A stretch of 64,000 bases of DNA. Origin: an uncultured virus (IMG/VR IMGVR_UViG_3300035698_034156) (Duplodnaviria; Heunggongvirae; Uroviricota; Caudoviricetes). Below are positions 28,972-38,636 of this stretch, in pieces (position 1 is the first letter of the stretch; each line of letters starts with the position of its first letter). The notes beneath the pieces were generated by a model. That model worked only from the letters and a program-made list of their open reading frames with translations, did not search any database and was not told the origin of the DNA. The position numbers and the translations under genes are program-made. The stretch lies in IMG/VR virus record IMGVR_UViG_3300035698_034156. The stretch is one strand, 5' to 3'.

Positions 28972-29194
28972 TTTCCTCGTCTCTTTCCTTCCTCGTTCCT
29001 CGTCTCTTCAAAATAACAACATCCCAAGACATAAGAATAATAGTTACAACAATCAACCAAGAAAATATGCTTAATATAATTATCTGTAAAAAAGAACCAA
29101 GTGTTAAATCTTCATTTAAATGTCTAAAATACAAAAACAATAAAATCGCTGATAAAACATATCCAACGAACCAAACAACTAAAAACTCATTCAT
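28955..29194 (-). CDS. small two-TM membrane protein
   Basis: Two hydrophobic segments. Confidence 0.6.
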   Translation of the reverse strand: MNEFLVVWFVGYVLSAILLFLYFRHLNEDLTLGSFLQIIILSIFSWLIVVTIILMSWDVVILKRRGTRKERDEESEFNA

Positions 29195-30121
29195 TTAATC
29201 CACCCAACAATTCCTTGCATAAATACTACAATGATAAGAACTAATCTCACAATCAACTTCTACATTATCAGATATTCCAGCACAATCAAAGTCACGCCTA
29301 AAACCAGACACAACACCTTTACATTCATCAACAAAATGAGATTGACAATAGTCTTTTTTGAAAACAGTATTACAGTCTTCAATTTTATCAACCCAACCAA
29401 CAAAATCAATGTGCCACTTACCCCATTTCTCACATTCAATCACAGGCTCATCGTATTCAATCATTGGACAATTTCCAGTGTAACAATAATCATAGTATAT
29501 ATTTTTTATGTATCCGTCATAGCAACGACAAAATAACACATCACCATTGAAGTCCACTATCTCTCGAAACCCAACACATTCACTCGGCATATTATTTCTA
29601 CACCAAACATCAGCAGAAATCATAGGCTTTTCGGGTTCAATACAACAAAACTCTTTACAATTCGCCCTACAATTTTCAACTGTTTTTTCGCCATCGTAAC
29701 AAACAAGAGCCGCACAAAAATCAATACACGCCTCATTAAACTCACATTCAACCACAGGCTCTTCATCGGATTGAATTTCCTCGGTGGTGTAAGAAAAAGG
29801 AATTTCACAAAAGAAATTATTGGTCTCTTCATACTTTTTCTCTTTACCACCAAAAGACTCACACGCAGACCTAATATTAAAAGCACAAACTTCAAAAGAA
29901 GTTAAACTAGTTCCATCTTCTACTGTTTCAATATGAAAATGCCCACACTCAAAATCTTTTGCATTCTCTAATTCCTCTTGACACGCAGACAACTCTTCAT
30001 TTATTCCATGCTGTCCAATGTAACAACCAAGGATTATCCCACCAATCATTGCAAATAATATACCAAAATAAACATATTTAGCAGGATACATTTCTTTATT
30101 TTCATTTTTTTCCTTTCCCAT
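29195..30121 (-). CDS. membrane-anchored Cys-rich exported protein
   Basis: N-terminal TM, many cysteines. Confidence 0.7.
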   Translation of the reverse strand: MGKEKNENKEMYPAKYVYFGILFAMIGGIILGCYIGQHGINEELSACQEELENAKDFECGHFHIETVEDGTSLTSFEVCAFNIRSACESFGGKEKKYEETNNFFCEIPFSYTTEEIQSDEEPVVECEFNEACIDFCAALVCYDGEKTVENCRANCKEFCCIEPEKPMISADVWCRNNMPSECVGFREIVDFNGDVLFCRCYDGYIKNIYYDYCYTGNCPMIEYDEPVIECEKWGKWHIDFVGWVDKIEDCNTVFKKDYCQSHFVDECKGVVSGFRRDFDCAGISDNVEVDCEISSYHCSIYARNCWVD

Positions 30122-31782
30122 TATTTTCCCTTCTCCACATAATAATTTCCAATAGCTATTCCATCCAATTTTGACTTATTGAAAGTTAGCAAAGCGTCAG
30201 TCGGAGAACAAACAATCGGTTCACGTGAATTAAAAGACGTGTTCAACACCATCGGAGTACCTGTAATTTTCTCAAACTCAGAAATTAACTTGTAATATAT
30301 AGGATTCTGTTTTCTAGTAACACTCTGTGGTCGAGCTGTTCCGTCCACGTGAACAACTCCTTGTATTTCCTTCCTTTTTTCCTCAGGAACCCATGTAGCT
30401 AAAATCATGAACGGTGCGTCAATATCTTTACCGAAGTACTCTTTCATTGCACTTCTTTTAACACTTGGACACAACGGTCTCCATAATTCCCTGAATTTAA
30501 TTTTAGAATTAATTTTATCCGTTATCTTCTTTGACTTCGGGCTAGCTACAATGGAACGGTTTCCAAGCGCTCGAGGACCAATTTCCATTCTTCCCTGAAA
30601 CCAGCCAATTATTTTTCCCTTCGCAATCTTTTCCGCTACTAACCCAGCTATATCTTTCTGATACTCATAATTTTTTGACGGACAAATATAATCTATTCTT
30701 TCCTTAATGAAATCATCTGTGTACTCAGGACCATAATAAGCGTGGTCAAAATCTATTCTTGAACTCTTATCAAGACTTCTCAAACACTCCAAAGCTGAAC
30801 CAAGAGACTTACCAGCATCACTCGCCGCTGGTTGAATGAAAATATTATCAACAACACCTGATTTCAGAATTTCTCCATTCATCTTGCAATTTAAAGCAAC
30901 ACCTCCAGCTAACGAAAGATTTCTAATATCTGTTTCGTTCTCTGAAAGCAACTTAATTACAACTTCCTCAAGTTTTTTCTGAGCTGTCGCCGCAAAATCA
31001 ATGTAATGTTTCCTTAACTCCCCAGGATTATCGTTTCTTTTACCGAACTTCGCTTCAAGGTTATTCGAAGCGTGTTTCCCAAACGAAAAATCAGGGTTAA
31101 CTATATGTTCATCTTTCCCTGATTTAATAATTTCACTAAAATCTTTGTTTGGTTCACCGTAAGCCGCCATTCCCATCATTTTAGCTTCGTGCCCTTGGTC
31201 ATACGGATAACCCACATACTCTGTCATTTTAGCGTAATAAAACCCAAGAGAATTAGGAGCCATTATTCTTGATGTTACTTCAATATCCTCTTTTCTCCCA
31301 ACACCTAGTAAAGTTGATGTGAAATCCCCCCACGCATCCATTGTTAACACAAGGCTCTCTTTGAACGGAGAACATCGAAAAGCGCTTGAAGCGTGAGCTA
31401 AATGATGGTCACACCAATAAATTTGGTCTTTGTTCACTCCAAGAATCTTTGTATTGTTTTTGTTAAAGAATTGTTTAACATTGTATAAAACGGTTTTCGG
31501 AATTCTTTTAATTGGTTCTGATAAAAACAATCCGTTCAAATAATAGTTTTTCCACGCGTCCTTAATAGTTCTCCCAGGAGTATTGTTCCCAATTGACACA
31601 TAATCAACATTTTCTAAATCTATTCCAGCGTAATGTAAACAAAACCTAACTGAATGATACGGAAAACCGTACTGGTGTTTTTTCCTAGTGAACCTTTCTT
31701 CTTCTGCGAAAGCAACCAGTTTATTATCTTTCAACAAACAAGCTGAAGAATCGTGTTTAGTGTGAATTCCTAGTACATACAT
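30121..31782 (-). CDS. O-carbamoyltransferase (NodU/CmcH family)
   Basis: HDSSACL, AEEERFTRKKH, HHLAHA, AGGVALNC, QGRMEIGPRALGNRSI, HVDGTARPQ, LNTSFN. Confidence 0.95.
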   Translation of the reverse strand: MYVLGIHTKHDSSACLLKDNKLVAFAEEERFTRKKHQYGFPYHSVRFCLHYAGIDLENVDYVSIGNNTPGRTIKDAWKNYYLNGLFLSEPIKRIPKTVLYNVKQFFNKNNTKILGVNKDQIYWCDHHLAHASSAFRCSPFKESLVLTMDAWGDFTSTLLGVGRKEDIEVTSRIMAPNSLGFYYAKMTEYVGYPYDQGHEAKMMGMAAYGEPNKDFSEIIKSGKDEHIVNPDFSFGKHASNNLEAKFGKRNDNPGELRKHYIDFAATAQKKLEEVVIKLLSENETDIRNLSLAGGVALNCKMNGEILKSGVVDNIFIQPAASDAGKSLGSALECLRSLDKSSRIDFDHAYYGPEYTDDFIKERIDYICPSKNYEYQKDIAGLVAEKIAKGKIIGWFQGRMEIGPRALGNRSIVASPKSKKITDKINSKIKFRELWRPLCPSVKRSAMKEYFGKDIDAPFMILATWVPEEKRKEIQGVVHVDGTARPQSVTRKQNPIYYKLISEFEKITGTPMVLNTSFNSREPIVCSPTDALLTFNKSKLDGIAIGNYYVEKGK

Positions 31783-31994
31783 TTTTTTACCTCATTTTGC
31801 TGTTTTATTTCCTTCTTAAAAATCCAAGGTTCTAATAATAAATAAGTTCCGATTAAACTCATGATTAAAAACATTAAAATAATTTGATAATTTATTTTTC
31901 CTGATATTAACATTGGCATAGTTGAAACCACGAAAAAAGACCAGATGAACAATAAAAAAAATGTTTCACCTATCCAACTTATTTTTACCACCAT
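31770..31994 (-). CDS. small two-TM membrane protein
   Basis: Hydrophobic. Confidence 0.6.
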   Translation of the reverse strand: MVVKISWIGETFFLLFIWSFFVVSTMPMLISGKINYQIILMFLIMSLIGTYLLLEPWIFKKEIKQQNEVKKCMY

Positions 31995-32423
31995 TTATTT
32001 CCCTTCTATTTTTTTATATAATCTTTTTATTCTAAAGCTATTAATCCATAAAAATACAAAAATTATAATACCCACTAAAATAACCCATCCGAAATACATC
32101 AGTTTTAACATTAATTCTTCTGGTTTACTTACAAAAAATAACCATACTGCAACAAATATTTTTAACCAAAATAATAAACCTATTGAACAAATTGCTCCTC
32201 CAAATAAAGAAAGAGATTTCCAAACTAATGTATCTGTCCATAAATGACCTGTTTCTTTTAATCCTGGGTCAATACTCCAGTAAATGATTTCTCCGAACAC
32301 TAAAATTCCTATAACTATACAAATAGCTTCTTCTATACTAATGACGCCACCTTTAGGAGCTATTATTAATCCTATTATAAATCCAATTAAACAAAAATAA
32401 AATAAATATTCTCTAATTTTCAA
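31995..32423 (-). CDS. four-TM membrane protein
   Basis: Hydrophobic segments. Confidence 0.65.
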   Translation of the reverse strand: MKIREYLFYFCLIGFIIGLIIAPKGGVISIEEAICIVIGILVFGEIIYWSIDPGLKETGHLWTDTLVWKSLSLFGGAICSIGLLFWLKIFVAVWLFFVSKPEELMLKLMYFGWVILVGIIIFVFLWINSFRIKRLYKKIEGK

Positions 32424-33311
32424 TTAACTCATCCCTTCGCACATAGCGCATTTGCATTTGGAATTTAATATTCTTTTAATTATTTTAATCGGTCTGTGCA
32501 TTGTGTGTTTAATAAAATCTTTTTTCCATGTATCAAGATTTTTATCAAACCCAAAATAATTGTTTAAAAACTCCCAGTGTTTTTCTAAAAACAAGAAATG
32601 GTTCTTTATAACCCAATACTCATAATTGAACTTTGAACGGTCAAACTGCCCACCTTTTTTTGAATGAGGTAAATGATAACAATTAGTCCAAGGACACAAA
32701 ACAGAGTAGTATCCATTCTCCCACGCTGTGCACTGAAAATCTGTTTCTTCTCTGAATGCGTTTCCCTTTAATTCTTCATCATAGGAAATGTTTTTGTAAA
32801 CTTTTTTACTTAACAACATTGAAGCGTTCAAAAAAGGAGTTCCCACCATTTTGATTATATCTGGGTCAGTGTTCATCAAAAACGAATTCGGGTCCATTAT
32901 TGGTTCATGGCGTCTTTTTGATGTCCATAAACCTTTAGAAGGATAATATTCTTCTTTTGTTAGGTAAACTCTTTTCCCAGCAATAAAATCTGCTCCAAGA
33001 TATTTCATATTTTTTAATAGAACATCAATATAATCTTCTGAAATCATTACATCGTCATCTGATTGTAAAACATAATCTGCGTCACTCCACGCCATTCCAA
33101 GGTTTCGACAGTACGGTGAACCGTGTCGAGTGAGGTTTCTTATAATTTTAACTTTTTTATGTTCTTTAAAATTTAATCTGTAAAATTCGTCAGAGCCATC
33201 ATCAATTACCCAAATTACACCAACATTTTTTTGTTCGAGGTAACTCGGTAAAACTGTTTTCAATGAATTTATTCGATTATAACTTGGTATTACAACATCA
33301 ACTTTTTTCAA
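32424..33311 (-). CDS. glycosyltransferase family 2
   Basis: DVVIPSYNR, VIDDGSD, SDDD, FREETD; likely TTG start at 33311. Confidence 0.9.
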   Translation of the reverse strand: MKKVDVVIPSYNRINSLKTVLPSYLEQKNVGVIWVIDDGSDEFYRLNFKEHKKVKIIRNLTRHGSPYCRNLGMAWSDADYVLQSDDDVMISEDYIDVLLKNMKYLGADFIAGKRVYLTKEEYYPSKGLWTSKRRHEPIMDPNSFLMNTDPDIIKMVGTPFLNASMLLSKKVYKNISYDEELKGNAFREETDFQCTAWENGYYSVLCPWTNCYHLPHSKKGGQFDRSKFNYEYWVIKNHFLFLEKHWEFLNNYFGFDKNLDTWKKDFIKHTMHRPIKIIKRILNSKCKCAMCEGMS

Positions 33312-33435
33312 ATGAACACACCGCATGAGATTTTGCTTCAGAAGAAGAGTCTTTTAGTCTGCCATGGAATGCATCGTTCATAATCCATCCTAGTATTGAA
33401 CCGATAATAAAGGCGACTATTATTACCATCTCCAT
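33298..33435 (-). CDS. small single-TM protein (45 aa)
   Basis: Manual translation MEMVIIVAFIIGSILGWIMND... Confidence 0.45.
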   Translation of the reverse strand: MEMVIIVAFIIGSILGWIMNDAFHGRLKDSSSEAKSHAVCSFEKS

Positions 33436-33473
33436 ACAATTACTTATCGTAAAACATTATTTAAATGGAATCG

Positions 33474-33650
33474 TTAGATAAGTTTAGATACTAATGTTTC
33501 TTCAATTAGTAATTCTATTTCTTTCGGATAAATTTTTATTTTACCATTTGAATTATATTTCTTTAATTTAACCCAGTTCGTATGATATTTGCTTTTAGCG
33601 TATTTATCAAGAATTTTTTTCTTTAAGTTATTTGAATTCAATAATTCCAC
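33474..33650 (-). CDS. small basic hypothetical protein (58 aa)
   Basis: Manual translation from GTG; fills the gap. Confidence 0.4.
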   Translation of the reverse strand: MELLNSNNLKKKILDKYAKSKYHTNWVKLKKYNSNGKIKIYPKEIELLIEETLVSKLI

Positions 33651-34342
33651 CTCTTCGATTTAAATTCCCCAACTTTCTCTATTTTATCATTAATACAATA
33701 AATACTAGACTCTTCAGGGTCTTTTAATAGAGTTGTATTTTGAAAAAAACCTAAGTATTCTTCATTAAACGACATATTTTTTAATTTTCTTTCATCTGAT
33801 GCTCCAATCAATAAGTCTCTGGATGAAATGTATCCAAATGTAAATCTTTGACTGTTGCGGAAGTAATACAGGTTTTTTCCGTCATGTAAGAATATACTCA
33901 TTGAACCAGATACTTTTTTCGTAACTTTCTTGATTTTGTCTAATGTTGAGCCTTTTTCTTTCATTATTAGTTTTAAAAAGTGTGAAGAATCACTTTCTTT
34001 GTCTTCGTTTGGATTTGGTGTGTTCATACAACCATTGTGAACCATCATATATTTTTTTGATACGAATGGATGTGCGTTTTCTTTATTTATAGGTCCTGTG
34101 GTTGCGTATCTAACGTGAAATACGAACCATTTTTCTCCTATATTTTCTTCTATGGCTAATTTTACATCGTTTTCATCTTTTCCGAATACATTAGCCTTTT
34201 TGAAGTGGTTTCCTGAGCTATTGAAGAATCCCCACCCATCTTGATTGATATTACTTGCTTTTTGGGCTTGATTGATGATTTCTTCTACTTCTTTTCTGAC
34301 TAGAGTTCGGTTCTTTGTTTTAGCGAAAAATATCTCGCACAT
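33638..34342 (-). CDS. class II (Ntn) glutamine amidotransferase
   Basis: N-terminal MC, NQDGWG, HVRYATTG, NAHPF, VHNG, ESDS. Confidence 0.9.
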   Translation of the reverse strand: MCEIFFAKTKNRTLVRKEVEEIINQAQKASNINQDGWGFFNSSGNHFKKANVFGKDENDVKLAIEENIGEKWFVFHVRYATTGPINKENAHPFVSKKYMMVHNGCMNTPNPNEDKESDSSHFLKLIMKEKGSTLDKIKKVTKKVSGSMSIFLHDGKNLYYFRNSQRFTFGYISSRDLLIGASDERKLKNMSFNEEYLGFFQNTTLLKDPEESSIYCINDKIEKVGEFKSKRWNY

Positions 34343-35007
34343 CTTGAATTCCTCCTGTTTCTATAATATAATAATATTATGATACTATTAAAAATGCTAT
34401 GGTTAACCTAAAAACATTAGCGTCTAACACATTAGACATTTGTATAAGGATTGTCTAACAAAACGGGTTTTAGAATTACCAAAATGCCATTTTGTGCTCG
34501 TTTTTGGTAATTCTGGAAAACCTAACCACATGTGATTAAAAACTATATATAACTTCATAATTTGAAATTAAAAAATTTTAGAATTACCACTAGTGGTAAT
34601 TCATAAAACGCGGTTTCAGCTACCTCTAGGTGTATTACACTTAGTATTCTATACTTATAGTACCTCTATATATACATATATAGTATATTTTATACTAAAA
34701 TGATAATATTATTAATAATATTAAAATAAAAATAAAAAAATATATCCAAGGGGAAAAAGTGGTATTTCTGGTAATTCAGAGTTTAAACACAGCTACACAT
34801 ACCTCTAACTACCAAATATGAATTACCACTAGTGGTAATTCTGGTAATTCTAAAAAAAGTATATGCATTTTAAAAAATAGCTAACAAATGTCTAACTATT
34901 CTGAAAAATATATACAAATGTCTAATGATTTGATATAAAAAAATAGGAAGATATATAAATAACAGTAATCATAATAAATATGGTACCAAAAAAGGTCGGG
35001 GTAAAAA
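34343..35007. other. putative replication origin and divergent control region
   Basis: Longest non-coding gap, at the strand switch; AT-rich core ~34650-34745; two copies of a perfect 22-bp palindrome; nested inverted repeats. Confidence 0.7.
34581..34841. repeat. two copies of the 22-bp palindrome GAATTACCACTAGTGGTAATTC (34581-34602, 34820-34841)
   Basis: Read directly; extra TGGTAATTC/GAATTACCA half-sites near 34473, 34505, 34769 and 34842. Confidence 0.95.
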
Positions 35008-35187
35008 ATGTCGTCAAATAAAACTTCACATCAACTTAAAATTGATAGAATTCTCTGGGGAAAATTCAAAGTAATAGCATTCCGCAGAGGGAAAAAATTA
35101 GGGCATCTTCTGATTGAAGTAATTGAAAACTTCGTTAATGACAATTATGAAAAAGAAGAAAGACGGTCGGGTGAAACAAATGAGTAA
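35008..35187 (+). CDS. ribbon-helix-helix (CopG/ParG-like) DNA-binding protein, 59 aa
   Basis: Manual translation MSSNKTSHQLKIDRILWGKFKVIAFRRGKKLGHLLIEVIENFV...; GGGGT SD; missed by the ORF track. Confidence 0.7.
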   Translation: MSSNKTSHQLKIDRILWGKFKVIAFRRGKKLGHLLIEVIENFVNDNYEKEERRSGETNE

Positions 35188-35773
35188 TTTCGGAATAGAA
35201 ACCAGATTTTTGATGACAGCAATGTTCGTTATAAAAAATATAGTGTTCATCATAGCATTATTCGAAGGAGCACAAATTCAAGAACTAAACCAAGATATTA
35301 ACACAATATCAAAAAATAATAAAGAATTAATAGAAGAAAATATACATTTACGGGAAAACACTGAAGAAATGCTCCGCATCAACAAATTAACCGAACTATA
35401 CAAAATAGACGGAATGATAACATACAATCATTTCAAATTCAACGAAAAAGTTGGTGAAAACGAAAACGGATACAAAAACTGGATTAAAGCATTCAGTTTA
35501 AACTATTACAATATCATTCAAGAATACAACGATGACAAATTACAAATATTAGTAAACGATATTAGTGAATGTAATAAAATATCAAATCAATACGCTCAAG
35601 ACGGAAACAGAAACATGGCTTTAGAACAAAGTCAAATATGTTCAAGTATTAATAGTGAAATAGATGAAAGATTACTTGAAGTCATGGAATCAAAATATAA
35701 GAATACAGAAATTTATCAAATATATCAAGTAATAGATTTGAACTTAAATAAAGAAGAAGAAGGAATGATATAA
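35180..35773 (+). CDS. single-TM coiled-coil protein
   Basis: ATG 35180 overlaps the RHH stop; TM then coiled coil. Confidence 0.65.
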   Translation: MSNFGIETRFLMTAMFVIKNIVFIIALFEGAQIQELNQDINTISKNNKELIEENIHLRENTEEMLRINKLTELYKIDGMITYNHFKFNEKVGENENGYKNWIKAFSLNYYNIIQEYNDDKLQILVNDISECNKISNQYAQDGNRNMALEQSQICSSINSEIDERLLEVMESKYKNTEIYQIYQVIDLNLNKEEEGMI

Positions 35774-37609
35774 ATGAAATTCACACTTTTGAGGGAGATG
35801 TCGCTAATAAAAGTTATTCCCATACTTTTATTTATTCTCCCTCTCATCTCCCTTCCATCAGTTTACTCTGCCACCATTTACAGCATAGACACATTAACAT
35901 CTCCATTATTAGAAACTCAATCCGAAATAATATTTTCAGTTGATGTAGAAAACAGTATTAATTTTGACCAAAACATACAAACACAATTATTTGTTAATTC
36001 AACACTCGTAGATACTAATAATCAATTATTCACTTCTCTACAAAGAAAAAACATATATGTCAAATGGACAGATGTTAACAAATCCATACAATTAGGAAAC
36101 TATGACATAGATATCAATGTAATAGTTGAAAACGTAACTGACACTAATGCTCACAGTGAAATTAATATTGATATAAACAAAGGAATTAATCTAACATCTG
36201 TATCCATAGACACAAACTCAATTCTAACATACCAACCAAACGATTCAATTTTTGTAACAGGAAAATACTTAATTGGAGATACATTAATAACAGAAGATTT
36301 CCTAGTATGTTATTATCTTGGAGAAGAACAAAAATATTGTGAAACCGTAGAAGGAGCTGACGCAAACACATATTACGATTACAATGTAACAACATTTCAG
36401 CTTCCAGATGAAACAGGAGTATTTGATATCACTCTAAAAGTGGATGCTACAAATCTTCTAGCAGAAATAGATGAAGGAGATAATGAATCCACAATAACAG
36501 TTACAACAATACAAGGATTAGATTTATCGGTTATCGGAGAAAATATTACATCAACAGAAGCTACAGAAACCGAAGTAATGACAATTACAGCCAAAATAAA
36601 AAACATTGGTGGAATAAACGCAGAGAATGTTGAAGTGGATGCGTACATCGGAGAAGACCCAGGAGACGCAGAAAAAGTTTTCACCACAACATATTCTAAT
36701 ATCGGCATCGGAGAAACTAAAACTATAACATTCTATTACACTCCTCCAACCACAGGATTTGATGTAATCAGAGTGATAATAGATGAAGATAACAAAATAA
36801 CAGAAGTTGACGAAACAAACAATACAGCTGAACAAGGGTTTTTCATTAAAAGTATTGAAGAAACAGAACCAGAACCATATGTAATTACATTTGATGTAGA
36901 AAAAGAATGCGCCGCTTTCCTCTCAAACCGACACCAGTTTTATGTTGATGACATTAACATTGTTGGAGATGAATACGCTGTTTCAGTTAGATTAATGGAT
37001 AGTGAAGGAGTAACAATTATTAGCGGAACATACAAAAAAGATGAAGAAGAAATACGTTCAGGATTAGCAATGAGAGTTCTTTACGTAGAAGAATATTTAG
37101 CAAAAATTCTATTAGTTTATCACAGACCAACAACAGTTCTTTACACAGATTGTAAAATTGACATAGCTGAAGCAAAAGAACAGGCTTTAACAATGGAAAC
37201 TAATTTTCAAAGTTGTCAAAAACAATTATCTTCAAAGGAAGGAGAATTACAATTAAAAATGATAGAAAGCACAGGAATTCAATCACAGTTAAATTCATCA
37301 AAAACAGAATTAGATGAAATAAAGAAAAATAAGGATGTAACTCAAACAGAACTATCTCTTTGTAATAATGAATTATCCAAATCAAATTCATTATGCGAAG
37401 ATAAAATGCAATCACTTCGAAATGATTATTCTTTACGAGATAATGGAGAAGTATCAGCGTGTGAAGCTAGATTAGATGAAGTTAAAGAAGAAAGAGATGA
37501 ATTAGGGTTTCAGATAGAAGCAGGGTTGTCAATGTTATTTGTATCAATAATACTGGCATCGTTCTTATATTTTTGGACTAAAAGAAAACAACAAAAGGTG
37601 GAACTATGA
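35774..37609 (+). CDS. CARDB-domain surface protein with coiled coil and C-terminal TM
   Basis: VDATNLLAEIDEGDN, KNIGG, IDEDNKITEVDETNN; coiled coil; TM plus basic tail. Confidence 0.85.
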   Translation: MKFTLLREMSLIKVIPILLFILPLISLPSVYSATIYSIDTLTSPLLETQSEIIFSVDVENSINFDQNIQTQLFVNSTLVDTNNQLFTSLQRKNIYVKWTDVNKSIQLGNYDIDINVIVENVTDTNAHSEINIDINKGINLTSVSIDTNSILTYQPNDSIFVTGKYLIGDTLITEDFLVCYYLGEEQKYCETVEGADANTYYDYNVTTFQLPDETGVFDITLKVDATNLLAEIDEGDNESTITVTTIQGLDLSVIGENITSTEATETEVMTITAKIKNIGGINAENVEVDAYIGEDPGDAEKVFTTTYSNIGIGETKTITFYYTPPTTGFDVIRVIIDEDNKITEVDETNNTAEQGFFIKSIEETEPEPYVITFDVEKECAAFLSNRHQFYVDDINIVGDEYAVSVRLMDSEGVTIISGTYKKDEEEIRSGLAMRVLYVEEYLAKILLVYHRPTTVLYTDCKIDIAEAKEQALTMETNFQSCQKQLSSKEGELQLKMIESTGIQSQLNSSKTELDEIKKNKDVTQTELSLCNNELSKSNSLCEDKMQSLRNDYSLRDNGEVSACEARLDEVKEERDELGFQIEAGLSMLFVSIILASFLYFWTKRKQQKVEL

Positions 37610-38115
37610 ATTATTCTTTGATATTAGGTGGATTAGCTTTAGGTTCAATATTACTTGTAGCTTATTGGACAGTTTTTCGTAAAACAAAAAACAGAGAACC
37701 ATTTGAAGCTTTATTAGAAGCTAAATCTAAATGGCACTTCGCAGGGAAAGACGGAGTACCATATCATATGTGGGCAGATGACATCAAAACTGATAGTTCT
37801 AAAAGTGCGGCACACATTACATTATCTGATGGTACAGAATTAGTTCCAGTTCGCGAAGAGGATATTAAATTCGGTCCTTGGTATGAATTGTTAACAGGGG
37901 AAATTAATGTATTTTGCAGAATAGATAAAAGCAATAGAGAAAGACCCTGGGATGTTCCAAGCGTTTACTTAAATAGGTCAAAAATTAGCGAACAAGAAAG
38001 AACCAGAATCAGAGAAGAAGAAAGAGCTAAAATAATGGATGAAAAAGAAAGTAAGAATCTTTCTCCTCAAACTAGAATGTCATCACCTGAATACGGAATA
38101 GGTGGAAGATTCTAA
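37606..38115 (+). CDS. N-terminal TM hypothetical protein
   Basis: ATGA-coupled. Confidence 0.65.
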   Translation: MNYSLILGGLALGSILLVAYWTVFRKTKNREPFEALLEAKSKWHFAGKDGVPYHMWADDIKTDSSKSAAHITLSDGTELVPVREEDIKFGPWYELLTGEINVFCRIDKSNRERPWDVPSVYLNRSKISEQERTRIREEERAKIMDEKESKNLSPQTRMSSPEYGIGGRF

Positions 38116-38636
38116 TGGTTAACATTCGAAGGTCTCAATTAGAAGATTTACTAAACAGAGTACTAAATCAAGAAGAAGAAATAACACCAGAAATATTTCA
38201 GCTCTTCTATGATTATGCTAGACACAGAGTTGTTGACATAAATTATTCTTTTGATGATGTTAATCAGAAAAGAGATATGGTGACTGGGAGTTTAGGGTTA
38301 GAAGCGGATTGGGCTATATTGGAAGATGACCCTGATTCGTTCACTCGAGACATAAACACTTTTCACGACCCATTTTATCGAGAACTACTAATTTTCATCC
38401 AATCTTCTTACATAGTTTTTTCAGAACTACGACAACTCGTAAAACTTTTAGACCGATTACTCAGATACACACAGGAAGAAAACGAAAAACTAAGAGAAGA
38501 ACTGAAAAAATCTAGGAAAACTATTAAAAACATGAAAATGAAAAAAGTTCAAAAAAATACAATACAAAAAAATATATTACAAAAAAAGAAAACGGTACAG
38601 AAAAAAAAGAAGGGGAAGGTAAAAAGTGGTAGATGA
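38115..38636 (+). CDS. hypothetical protein with coiled coil and Lys-rich tail
   Basis: Coupled ORF. Confidence 0.65.
   Translation: MVNIRRSQLEDLLNRVLNQEEEITPEIFQLFYDYARHRVVDINYSFDDVNQKRDMVTGSLGLEADWAILEDDPDSFTRDINTFHDPFYRELLIFIQSSYIVFSELRQLVKLLDRLLRYTQEENEKLREELKKSRKTIKNMKMKKVQKNTIQKNILQKKKTVQKKKKGKVKSGR

Noticed and set aside
1366..32247. Plus-strand ORFs in the left arm (e.g. 8483-9067, 23764-24144) and most minus-strand ORFs in the right arm
   Set aside because: Antisense to well-supported genes and without recognisable motifs
34430..34927. Origin palindromes as a mini-CRISPR or MITE
   Set aside because: Irregular spacing, mixed orientation, no target-site duplication seen
35123..35179. 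ORF-track start at 35123
   Set aside because: Lies inside the RHH gene; ATG 35180 with an SD-like GGGTGA is more plausible
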